NCBI GenBank assembly: GCA_038153405.1
Contig: JAYOYH010000001.1
Coordinates: forward strand, 200,403 to 264,402
Reading direction: 5' to 3'
Source: Gemmatimonadota bacterium
GTDB taxonomy: Bacteria > Latescibacterota > UBA2968 > UBA8231
DNA: 64,000 nucleotides
Positions 29,122 through 37,860 of this stretch are shown piece after piece (within the stretch, counting starts at the first letter, position 1; every line of letters begins with the position of its first letter). A program made the translations under genes and the position numbers. Under the pieces are notes generated by a model, which was not told the DNA's origin, did no database searches, and saw only the letters and a program-made list of their open reading frames with translations.

Positions 29122-29156
29122 TGGGCGTCGATCCCGGGATCGACGCCCATTTTTTT
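29122..29156 (+). terminator. Intrinsic terminator (perfect 28-bp palindrome)
   Basis: TGGGCGTCGATCCCGGGATCGACGCCCA followed by T7. Confidence 0.8.
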
Positions 29157-29196
29157 GTCGTATGGACCGTATTCATTTCCTCCCGCGGAGCGATGT

Positions 29197-29805
29197 ATGC
29201 CGATTGGCGCAGATCTTGAACTTTTGCTGCAATTGACCGATATCGATGAGGTGGATCCCACCCTAGATTGGACCGATATATTTGCCAATAAAAATCCAGT
29301 AGAAGTGGAGATTGGCATCGGCAAGGGGCGCTTTTTAATCGATTCGGCTCAGCGCCGTCTCGACGTAAACTTCGTCGGCGTCGAATGGGCGATGAAATAC
29401 CTGCGCATGGCCCATGCTCGCTGCATGCGTCGGTCGTTGGAAAACGTGCGTTTTGTGCGCGCCGACGCGCGCGAATTCGTCGAGTTTTTCATTCCTACGC
29501 GTTCGGTGCAAGCGTATCATATATACTTTCCCGATCCCTGGCCCAAGAAGCGCCATCACAAGCGTCGCTTGTTCAATCGCGACTTTCTCGCCGAAGTGGA
29601 GCGCACGCTGATGCCCGGTGGCCATCTGTGGCTGGCCACCGATTTTGTCGAGTATTTTGACGTCATACTCGAAGTGTTGGATGAGAGCGACCATTTGCGC
29701 GCGGTGGAGGCCGAATGGGATGGGGCAAAGACCAATTACGAGGAAAAGTACATCGCCGCCGGCAAGCCCATCTACCGCCGCGTATTGGCATATTCGCCCG
29801 ATTAG
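29197..29805 (+). CDS. trmB: tRNA (guanine-N7)-methyltransferase
   Basis: VEIGIGKG, FPDPWPKKRHHKRRL, ATD, TNYEEK. Confidence 0.95.
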   Translation: MPIGADLELLLQLTDIDEVDPTLDWTDIFANKNPVEVEIGIGKGRFLIDSAQRRLDVNFVGVEWAMKYLRMAHARCMRRSLENVRFVRADAREFVEFFIPTRSVQAYHIYFPDPWPKKRHHKRRLFNRDFLAEVERTLMPGGHLWLATDFVEYFDVILEVLDESDHLRAVEAEWDGAKTNYEEKYIAAGKPIYRRVLAYSPD

Positions 29806-29817
29806 CAAGGGCCGATA

Positions 29818-29850
29818 GGGACCTCCCGTAGAAGGGGGGTCCCATTTTTT
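29818..29850 (+). terminator. Intrinsic terminator after trmB
   Basis: GGGACCTCC...GGGGGTCCC followed by ATTTTTT. Confidence 0.75.
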
Positions 29851-29960
29851 CATCCCCAATGAGCACAAAATAGTGTCATTAATACACTTATCTGTGTGCA
29901 CATGGGCGAAAGGGCGATCACGGCGTGAAAAAATCTCCTATCTAGCTGATAAAATTATGC

Positions 29961-29989
29961 TTGACAGCTATAACTAAAAGTGAGATAAT
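29961..29989 (+). promoter_or_regulatory. Sigma70 promoter of dcw operon
   Basis: TTGACA-N17-GATAAT. Confidence 0.75.
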
Positions 29990-29994
29990 TGAGA

Positions 29995-30040
29995 AAGTGG
30001 TGTAAAAGGGTGTAGTAGGGTGTGTTGCGGTTGGCGGTGT
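29995..30040 (+). repeat. 10-bp-phased direct repeats, MraZ operator-like
   Basis: GGTGT at 29999, 30009, 30019, weaker GGTTG at 30029, just downstream of the promoter. Confidence 0.7.
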
Positions 30041-30063
30041 AATTCAGGACTAAGGGTCTGATA

Positions 30064-30504
30064 ATGGAGCAATTTCTCGGCGAATACGATGTGCCAGTGG
30101 ATGAGAAGGGGCGCATATTTGTTCCAGCTGAGTTTCGGCGCAAACTGCCTGCCGCGGCCGATAGCACCTTTGTCGTCGTGCGCGGCTACGACCACTGTCT
30201 GACGGCTTATCCTCAACACGTGTGGGAAGAAACGGCGAAGAAACTCATGCGCCTCCCGCAGACAGAGCGGCGCAATCGCGTATTCATACGCGCGATGCTG
30301 TCGCAGGCTGCCGAAGTAAAAATGGACCGACAGGGCCGCGCCGGCATTCCGCGCAAGCTGTTGGGTCGCGCCGGTATTGGCGAGCACATGGTGGTGATTG
30401 GTGCGCTGGACAAATTGGAATTTTGGAATCCAGATGACTGGCACAAGTTCATGGAAGAGGCCGACGAGGGTATGGAAGCGGCGGCCGAACATCTCGACCT
30501 ATAG
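30064..30504 (+). CDS. mraZ: Division/cell wall cluster repressor
   Basis: VDEKGRIFVP and MDRQGRAGIP motifs. Confidence 0.95.
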   Translation: MEQFLGEYDVPVDEKGRIFVPAEFRRKLPAAADSTFVVVRGYDHCLTAYPQHVWEETAKKLMRLPQTERRNRVFIRAMLSQAAEVKMDRQGRAGIPRKLLGRAGIGEHMVVIGALDKLEFWNPDDWHKFMEEADEGMEAAAEHLDL

Positions 30505-30524
30505 CGGACAGTGAATTCTAGGCT

Positions 30525-31454
30525 ATGTCATATCACGTTCCCGTGCTGTGCAATGCGGTTGTCGAGTATCTGGCCATTGAGCCCGGTGGAATCTACCTCG
30601 ATGCGACAGCCGGCGGGGGCGGGCACAGCGCTGCCCTGTTGCACGCGCTGGACAGTGGTGCGACGGTATGGGTTGTCGACCGCGACGCCGATGCCATCGA
30701 ACAGGCAACGCGCACGCTGGCAGGAGACGAGCGCGCGCGGGTTCGACGGGCCAGCTTTGCCGAATTGGGTGCTCTGTTGGAGGCCGAAGGCGTGTGCAAC
30801 CTCAGCGGGGTGCTGTTTGACCTGGGGGTTTCGTCGCACCAAATCGATGCGGCGCACAGGGGGTTTAGCTACCGGTCGGCGGGGCCTTTAGATATGCGAA
30901 TGGATTCGACTCAGGGGAGGACGGCGGCCGATATTATCGGAGCGGCTTCGGAGAAAGAACTATTGCAAATCGTGCGCGATTTCGGCGAAGAGCGCCGTGC
31001 CGGAGCGGTCGCTAAGAGCATCGTGCGCATGCGGTCGGGAGCGCCGCTACAGACCACCGACGATCTGCGTAGGGCAGTGGAAAATACGCGTCCACAGATG
31101 CTCAACAAAACGCTGGCGCGCGTTTTTCAGGCTTTCAGAATTGCCGTCAACGGCGAGTTAGACCAACTATCAGATGGGCTTGCTGCCGTCGCTGGTCGTT
31201 TGGCGGTGGGGGGGCGTCTAGCCGTCATCGCCTATCATTCGCTCGAAGATCGCCTCGTCAAACAGGGCCTGGCCGAACGCATGCGCGGGTGTATTTGCCC
31301 TCCTCGCATGCCGGTGTGCGCATGCGGGCGAAAGCCCGAATTTGCCAAAGTCGATCGCGGTCGCATAAAACCTAGTGCTGATGAAATTGCCAACAATAGC
31401 AGGGCGCGCAGCGCCGTTTTGCGCGTATTCGAAAAAATAGAGGAATGTGCATGA
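30525..31454 (+). CDS. rsmH: 16S rRNA m4C methyltransferase
   Basis: HVPVL, DAT.GGGGHS, DLGVSS.Q, PLDMRM, FQA.RI.VN, YHSLEDR, RARSA. Confidence 0.96.
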   Translation: MSYHVPVLCNAVVEYLAIEPGGIYLDATAGGGGHSAALLHALDSGATVWVVDRDADAIEQATRTLAGDERARVRRASFAELGALLEAEGVCNLSGVLFDLGVSSHQIDAAHRGFSYRSAGPLDMRMDSTQGRTAADIIGAASEKELLQIVRDFGEERRAGAVAKSIVRMRSGAPLQTTDDLRRAVENTRPQMLNKTLARVFQAFRIAVNGELDQLSDGLAAVAGRLAVGGRLAVIAYHSLEDRLVKQGLAERMRGCICPPRMPVCACGRKPEFAKVDRGRIKPSADEIANNSRARSAVLRVFEKIEECA

Positions 31455-31765
31455 CGCGTGATGTTCGTAGATTCAACCATTCTTTTCGATGCGGCCGCGG
31501 GGTCGCTCTGATCGGCCTGTTGATCGGCGCTATGCTCTTTCGCGTATGGCAAAAAGTCGAAGTAGCGGCTATCGATCGGCAGTATTGGGAGGCGCAGCAG
31601 ATGATGGATGAACTGGGCCACGAGCGAACAAAGCTCATGGCTGGCATTGCCTTCAAAAAGAAGTTAGAGATGATAGAGCACGTCGCCGTGGGACAGATTG
31701 GTATGGTCTACGCCAGGGGGAGTGAAGCGGTGGCGGGTCATTGGACGGCAAAAGACATCGACTGA
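31451..31765 (+). CDS. ftsL: FtsL-like cell division protein
   Basis: Single TM plus coiled coil between rsmH and ftsI. Confidence 0.65.
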   Translation: MTRDVRRFNHSFRCGRGVALIGLLIGAMLFRVWQKVEVAAIDRQYWEAQQMMDELGHERTKLMAGIAFKKKLEMIEHVAVGQIGMVYARGSEAVAGHWTAKDID

Positions 31766-33768
31766 TGATCGACAGTCGGCGACAGGCGACCTGGTGTGGT
31801 CCGCGGCGGTTGCGCATTGCCGCCTGCTTTGGCCTGCTCTTTTGGGCGGTGCTGGCCGGCCGTCTGGTGCAGGTGCAAGGCGTGCTGGGGACGGCCTATG
31901 CCGAGCGCGCCCACGACCAATACGTGCGGCGCACGGCCTTGGAAGCGCGCCGCGGTAGCCTGTTGGATCGCCGCGGCACCGAAATGGCCACCGACGTCAA
32001 AGCGCGGTCGTTTTACGCACGCCCCGATCGCGTCGAGGATCCACAGGCTGTTGCCCAATTTTTTGCGCGGCTGAGCGGCGCAAATGCTGCGGCGCTCGCC
32101 GATCAACTGAGCAGCGAGCGCCCCTTTGTTTACCTGGTGCGCCAAATAGACGGGGATGGGCTCAGCGCCCCGGCCGATTCCTTTGCCGGCGTATACAGCC
32201 ACAGCGCAACGCGGCGATTTTACCCGTTAGGGCCGCTGGCCGGACAGCTCTTAGGGCACACGGATATTGACAATCGAGGTCGCGAGGGCATCGAACGCTC
32301 CTTTGACGACCAACTGCGCGAGATGGACGGGGCGATGGTCTCCTACGTCGATGCGCGCGGCCTACAGGTGCCCGGTCGCGTCCAGGCGCAAGACCAGCCG
32401 CAGGACGGCCGCAGCATGGTCGTTACAATAGATGCCCTCTATCAGAGCATACTCGAAGAAGAACTCGCGCGCACAGTAGACGAAGTGGATGCCAATGGGG
32501 CAATGGGCGTGGTGCTCGACCCCCATAGTGGTGAAATTCTGGCGATGGCCAACGTTCCCCTATTCGATCCGAATAGAGCGGGCAGGTCGACGGCCGCGCT
32601 GCGGCGCAATCGGGTCATAGCCGATGCCTACGAACCGGGTTCCACCTTCAAGGTCATTGCGGCCGCTGCAGTGCTGGAAGATCGTTTGGCGCGCACGCAC
32701 GACCGCGTCGATTGCCAGCAGGGGATTTTGAAGTTGGCCAACGGCGAGGTGATCCGCGATATCGCCCCGCACGGCGAGTTGAGCTTTGCCGAGGTGATCG
32801 AAAATTCCAGCAACATCGGCTTGATAAAGTTTGCGCGCCGACTGCCGCGCGCGCGTTTTTACCAGTACATCCGCAGCTTTGGCTTTGCCTCGCGCAGCGG
32901 AGTAGAACTGCCGGCTGAAAGCAGCGGTCTATTGCAGCGAGTCGATGGCTGGTCCGAGCGCTCGTTAGAGACCATTGCCATCGGTCAGGAAATCAGCGTT
33001 ACGGTGCTGCAGCTGGCACAGGCCTATGCGGCCATTGCCAACGGTGGAAAGCTGATGGCGCCGCAAATCGTTAGGGGATATGCCGGGGAAGATGGCCGGA
33101 TTATCGATGCGGCTGTCCCGGCAGTCGTGCGGCGCGTAATCGGCGAGGAAACGGCCGCTGTGATGCGGCGGATATTGCGCGGCGTCGTCGATAGCGGCAC
33201 GGGCCATCGCGCGCAAATTGCAGGCGTAACGGTTGCCGGGAAGACGGGTACGGCACAGAAGGCCGCCGCCAACGGAAGCGGGTACGATCCCGACGCGAGT
33301 ATTGTCTCATTCGCTGGTTTCCTGCCCGCCGAAAAACCGCGCTATGTATGTGTTGTCGTCGTCGATGAACCGCGCAAGGATAAATGGGGTGGGAGCGTTG
33401 CCGCGCCGACCTTCCAGCGCGTTATGGAGCGCATCGTCCATCTACCGGGAGGGCTGCTGGCTCACGCACCTATGGCCGGTCCCGTGCCGGCGACGATAAC
33501 GGTGCCCGACCTGCGCGGCATGACGCGGGCTGCAGCTCGTCTAACGGCGCGGCTGCGCGGAATGGAGGCGGTCGCCGAGGGGGGTGGAACCGTCGTCGTG
33601 GCTCAGCGGCCTGCACCTGGAGAAGAAGTCCTCGTCGGCGTCGACATTCGCTGTCAAATGGGAGAAGACCTGTCCTATATGGATGGCGCGCAAGAGTTGC
33701 AAGGAAGGCAGGCGCGTTTGTTCGAAGCTATGGAAGCGACGCCACCGATTTCGCGCAAGAGGCTCTAG
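31765..33768 (+). CDS. ftsI: Class B PBP (FtsI/PBP3) with PASTA domain
   Basis: RGSLLDRRG, EPGSTFK, SSN, AGKTGTAQ, VPDLRGM. Confidence 0.93.
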   Translation: MIDSRRQATWCGPRRLRIAACFGLLFWAVLAGRLVQVQGVLGTAYAERAHDQYVRRTALEARRGSLLDRRGTEMATDVKARSFYARPDRVEDPQAVAQFFARLSGANAAALADQLSSERPFVYLVRQIDGDGLSAPADSFAGVYSHSATRRFYPLGPLAGQLLGHTDIDNRGREGIERSFDDQLREMDGAMVSYVDARGLQVPGRVQAQDQPQDGRSMVVTIDALYQSILEEELARTVDEVDANGAMGVVLDPHSGEILAMANVPLFDPNRAGRSTAALRRNRVIADAYEPGSTFKVIAAAAVLEDRLARTHDRVDCQQGILKLANGEVIRDIAPHGELSFAEVIENSSNIGLIKFARRLPRARFYQYIRSFGFASRSGVELPAESSGLLQRVDGWSERSLETIAIGQEISVTVLQLAQAYAAIANGGKLMAPQIVRGYAGEDGRIIDAAVPAVVRRVIGEETAAVMRRILRGVVDSGTGHRAQIAGVTVAGKTGTAQKAAANGSGYDPDASIVSFAGFLPAEKPRYVCVVVVDEPRKDKWGGSVAAPTFQRVMERIVHLPGGLLAHAPMAGPVPATITVPDLRGMTRAAARLTARLRGMEAVAEGGGTVVVAQRPAPGEEVLVGVDIRCQMGEDLSYMDGAQELQGRQARLFEAMEATPPISRKRL

Positions 33769-35229
33769 TTGAGGCTGAGCCAATTGCTCGAAGCCTTGCC
33801 TGAAGCGGTCGTAACAGGCCCCGTGGACGGCGTCGTTGGCAAACTGTGCAGCGATTCCCGCCTAGTCGAGAAGGGGGATGTCTTTGTCGCGCTGCGCGGT
33901 GGCCAGCAGCAGGATCGCCATCGCTTTGTCGACGATGCCCTCGGGCGCGGTGCCAGTGCCGTCGTCGTCGAAGAAGAAATACAATGCAGTGCTACGCGCA
34001 TCGTTGTCGCTAGTTGTCGGGCCGCGCTGCCGCGCATGGCGCGCCAATTCTACGGAGCTCCGGGTGATTCAATGCTCAATATTGGCGTCACTGGCACCAA
34101 CGGTAAAACGACGACAGCCTACGTAGTGAGCGCGCTGTTGAGGGCTGCCGGCGTGCCGTGCGGTTATCTGGGCACGCTGGGTTGCGGTGGCGATGAGCCA
34201 TTAGAAAAAATGCCCAATACAACGCCGGAGGCCGATGTGCTGCAGCGCTGTCTGCGCCGGCTCGTCGACGAGGGCATGCGCGCCGCCGCCCTTGAAGTGT
34301 CGTCGCACGGATTGGCTCTTCAGCGCGTAGATGGCATCGATTTTAACGTGGCGATATTCACTAATATAACGCGCGACCACTTAGATTTTCATGGCGATTT
34401 CCCCAGCTATCTGGCTGCAAAGTCGCTGCTATTTGAAGGCTTGAAAAGCGATGCATTTGCGCTGCTTAATGGCGACGATCCCCATGCCGCTGACTTAGCT
34501 GAACGCACGGATGCACAGGTTGTGCGCTATGGGTTGAGCGAGGACGCCGACTGGCACCCGTTGGCAGTGGATATGCGCTGCGACGGCATGAAAATGCAGA
34601 TCGCGTCACCCGGTGGACCGTTTTTTGTCGAGACGGCCCTTACTGGGCGCTTCAACTGTTATAATGTCACCGCGGCGCTGGCGGCGGCGGCTCTCTTGGG
34701 CATTGAGCGCCAGGCGCTATGCGATGGGTTGCGATCGATAAGGGGAGTGCCCGGTCGCTTTGAGTCGCTGCGCGAAGGGCAGGATTTTTCCGTCATCGTG
34801 GACTATGCGCACACACCCGATGCACTCGAGCGCGCCCTGCAGAGCGCGCGGCCGCTGACCGACGGTAGGCTATGGTGTGTATTTGGCTGCGGCGGTGATC
34901 GCGACAGGGGCAAGCGAGCGCTTATGGGACGCGCTGCCGCCCAGTGGGCTGACCGCATTGTGCTCACGTCCGACAATCCGCGCAGCGAAGATCCGGACGC
35001 CATACTCGATGAAATTGCTGTGGGCATACCTGGTGGGCTAGTGTTTGAGCGCGAGGTCAACCGGGGCATCGCCATCGAGCATAGCCTGCGTGCCGCCGGG
35101 CCGGGAGACGTTGTATTGATTGCCGGTAAGGGACACGAATCCGAGCAGATTCTCTCTGATCGCGTCGTTTCCTTTGATGATCGGGATGTTGCGCGGAGCA
35201 TTCTCAGATCGCTCGGCAAGGCTAACTAA
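33769..35229 (+). CDS. murE: UDP-MurNAc-dipeptide:meso-DAP ligase
   Basis: TGTNGKTT, TTP, EVSSH, DHLDFH, DYAHTPD, DNPR. Confidence 0.95.
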   Translation: MRLSQLLEALPEAVVTGPVDGVVGKLCSDSRLVEKGDVFVALRGGQQQDRHRFVDDALGRGASAVVVEEEIQCSATRIVVASCRAALPRMARQFYGAPGDSMLNIGVTGTNGKTTTAYVVSALLRAAGVPCGYLGTLGCGGDEPLEKMPNTTPEADVLQRCLRRLVDEGMRAAALEVSSHGLALQRVDGIDFNVAIFTNITRDHLDFHGDFPSYLAAKSLLFEGLKSDAFALLNGDDPHAADLAERTDAQVVRYGLSEDADWHPLAVDMRCDGMKMQIASPGGPFFVETALTGRFNCYNVTAALAAAALLGIERQALCDGLRSIRGVPGRFESLREGQDFSVIVDYAHTPDALERALQSARPLTDGRLWCVFGCGGDRDRGKRALMGRAAAQWADRIVLTSDNPRSEDPDAILDEIAVGIPGGLVFEREVNRGIAIEHSLRAAGPGDVVLIAGKGHESEQILSDRVVSFDDRDVARSILRSLGKAN

Positions 35230-35248
35230 TACCGGCAGAGAGGTATCC

Positions 35249-36607
35249 ATGCACGATGTGCAGTTGGATGAAATTCTACAGTGGACGGAAGCAGAACTTG
35301 TTGGTATCTTAGATCGGCCAATTAGACCGTCCGGCGTATCGACCGACAGTCGGAGCACGGTCTCCGGCGAGTTGTTCATCGCCCTGCGTGGCGAACATTT
35401 TGACGGTCACGATTACGTAGAAGCTGCGCTTCTGCGCGGCGCCTGTGCCGCGGTAGTAGAGAAGGAATCCGTCGCTCGGTATGCATCGGGAATAGGGCCT
35501 TTACTCGTCGTAGACAGTGCCCTAAAAGCCCTCGGCCAGATGGCCGCTCGCTATCGGGCTCGTTTTGATGTACCCGTTATCGGCATTACCGGTTCGTCCG
35601 GCAAGACGACGACGAAGGAAATGGTCGCGGCGGTGCTCGGGCATCGCTTCAATGTGTTGAAGACCATTGCCAGCGAGAATAACGAAATAGGCGTTCCGCG
35701 CACGCTGCTCAATCTCAACCGGCAACACGAGGCGGTGGTGCTGGAGTTGGCAGCGCGCAAAGAGGGCGATATACATTACCTGTGTACCATCGCCCAGCCT
35801 ACCATAGGGGTCCTGCTGAACATCGGCAGTGCCCATCTCGAGTTTTTTGGATCTGTAGAGGGGGTGGCCAAGGCTAAAGGGGAGCTCCTGGAGTATCTGG
35901 ATGAGTCTTTAACAGCTCTCATCAATGCTGATGACCGTGTCGTGTGTCAGGAGGTTTTGAGGACAAAGGGGAGACTCCTGACCTTCGGTTTTCAGTCTGA
36001 GAGCACGTTTCGTGGGGAGGGACTCATCTTAGACCAGGAGGGCTGCGGCCACTTCCTTCTACAAACGCATTCCATCGACTTAAAAATCCCCGGTAAACAT
36101 AACGCCTATAACGCATTAGCTGCTGCCGCTATAGGCGGAATTTTGGGCGTTGAGCCCGGCGATATTCGCCGTGCCCTGTCGGAGTTTAGGCCGGTAGACC
36201 GGCGCACGGAAGTCGTGCAGGTGCGGGGGATGACGATCGTCAATGACAGCTACAACGCCAATCCCGGGTCAGTCGGCGCCGCGTTGGACATGCTCTCGGC
36301 AATGCGCGGAGGGCGCAAAATCGTCCTGTTAGGCGATATGTTAGAATTGGGTGAGACGGCGCCCCAATTGCATGAAGAAATCGGCGGCAGGGCCGCTGAG
36401 GTTGCCGATGTCGTACTCGCAGTAGGGCCGCTCGCTCGGCATATTGCCCGGGGGGCGCGCGCTGCTGGTGCCGCGCAGGTGACGCACTTTGATCTGAAGG
36501 AAGAAGCCACAGCCCATCTCAACGCAACGCTAGAACCCGATGACATTCTCCTTGTCAAGGCTTCGCGGGGCATGGGACTGTGGGACGTCGTAGACGCAAT
36601 CGGCTGA
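35249..36607 (+). CDS. murF: UDP-MurNAc-tripeptide:D-Ala-D-Ala ligase
   Basis: STDSR, GEHFDGH, TGSSGKTTTKE, NNEIGVP, NDSYNANP, GDMLELG, VKASRG. Confidence 0.95.
   Translation: MHDVQLDEILQWTEAELVGILDRPIRPSGVSTDSRSTVSGELFIALRGEHFDGHDYVEAALLRGACAAVVEKESVARYASGIGPLLVVDSALKALGQMAARYRARFDVPVIGITGSSGKTTTKEMVAAVLGHRFNVLKTIASENNEIGVPRTLLNLNRQHEAVVLELAARKEGDIHYLCTIAQPTIGVLLNIGSAHLEFFGSVEGVAKAKGELLEYLDESLTALINADDRVVCQEVLRTKGRLLTFGFQSESTFRGEGLILDQEGCGHFLLQTHSIDLKIPGKHNAYNALAAAAIGGILGVEPGDIRRALSEFRPVDRRTEVVQVRGMTIVNDSYNANPGSVGAALDMLSAMRGGRKIVLLGDMLELGETAPQLHEEIGGRAAEVADVVLAVGPLARHIARGARAAGAAQVTHFDLKEEATAHLNATLEPDDILLVKASRGMGLWDVVDAIG
35854..36063 (+). other. Long rod-like RNA structure embedded in murF coding sequence
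   Basis: Seven nested helices (~67 bp) about a common centre near 35964; G-U pairs work on the sense strand; CpG depletion. Confidence 0.75.
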
Positions 36608-36741
36608 GATTTCCCTAATCTTAGCCCTTATCCATCTGCTCCCACCAGATGGTCCCTTTGTTCCAAGTTTGACTAGGCCGTAGTCCATCCCACGGACTCG
36701 CTGCTTGGCTTTCCCCGTTCGAGGCACGGAGAAGCCGCTTC

Positions 36742-37860
36742 ATGTACGCCGTACAGCGTGCTGGAACGCATTTGCTGCTGGTTTGCTTGGTATTGGTCGG
36801 GCTTGGACTGGTAATGATTTACAGTGCTAGCTCCGAACTAGCACGGGTGCGCTTTGACGATAGCAGTTTCTTTCTCAAGCGGCAGAGCGCGCGCGCCGCA
36901 TTGGGCCTAGTCGTGATGTGGGTCCTCTCGCGTGTGCCGCTGCTGGCGTGGGCGCGCTTTTCCCGCTCCATTATGCTGTCGGCCATCGCCCTTCTCGTAC
37001 TCGTCTTATTTTTTGGCACAGGACCCGCGCAGCGCTGGTTGTCCATGCCGGCCTTCCTAGCGGGCGTAACCTTCCAACCCTCCGAATTTGCCAAGCTGGC
37101 TCTGGTCCTCTACCTGGCCGATGTATTGGTGCGCAAAGAAGGCGATCTGCAGGAGTTTAAGCGAGGCCTGCTGCCCCGCCTCGTCGTCGTCGGACTCGTA
37201 CTCATACTAATCGCGGCCCAGCCCGATTTGGGCACCGCCATAGCCGTCGGCAGCATTGCCATGGTTCTCCTGTGGGTTGGCGGAGTGCAGCCCATGCAGT
37301 TGGGGGCTGTGCTGCTTGCTGGCGGCAGCGGCGTGGTGCTTTCGCTGCTCACCTCGCCTTATCAGATGGCCCGCTTGACCAACTTCATCAACGGCAGCGG
37401 CGAGGACGCTGGAAACTATCAGGTTACTCAGTCGCTGATCGGCATGGGCAACGGCCAACTTTTGGGCGTGGGTTTGGGCAATAGCATGCAGAAGCTGCAG
37501 TATCTGCCCGAGCCGCATACGGACTTCGTATTCGCTTTTGTCGGCGAAGAACTGGGTCTGGTAGGGGCGCTCGGGATCATCGCTCTCTTTATCGCCTTTG
37601 CCCTCTACGGACTGCGCATTGCACGCGATGCGGAGGACAGCCACGGCTTCCTGCTGGCGACGGGTATAACGGCCATGATATCTATATATGCGATGCTCAA
37701 TATGGGGGTGGTTACAGGTATTCTGCCGACGACGGGATTGCCCCTGCCCTTTCTCAGCTATGGTGGCTCGTCTCTGCTGTGGAATATGGCGGGCGTTGGC
37801 ATTTTAATGGGCGTAGCGCGCCAATCGGCGGGCAGCGGACAGGGGAGACGGCGCCGATGA
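36742..37860 (+). CDS. ftsW: SEDS peptidoglycan polymerase
   Basis: GLVMIYSAS, FQPSEFAK, QPDLG, LPEPHTDF, GEELG, PFLSYGGSS. Confidence 0.95.
   Translation: MYAVQRAGTHLLLVCLVLVGLGLVMIYSASSELARVRFDDSSFFLKRQSARAALGLVVMWVLSRVPLLAWARFSRSIMLSAIALLVLVLFFGTGPAQRWLSMPAFLAGVTFQPSEFAKLALVLYLADVLVRKEGDLQEFKRGLLPRLVVVGLVLILIAAQPDLGTAIAVGSIAMVLLWVGGVQPMQLGAVLLAGGSGVVLSLLTSPYQMARLTNFINGSGEDAGNYQVTQSLIGMGNGQLLGVGLGNSMQKLQYLPEPHTDFVFAFVGEELGLVGALGIIALFIAFALYGLRIARDAEDSHGFLLATGITAMISIYAMLNMGVVTGILPTTGLPLPFLSYGGSSLLWNMAGVGILMGVARQSAGSGQGRRRR

Noticed and set aside
35854..36063. murF rod as 6S RNA, SRP RNA, intron or MITE
   Set aside because: No large symmetric central bubble or recognisable 6S/SRP motifs, no target duplication, and the MurF reading frame is continuous and of normal length through it.
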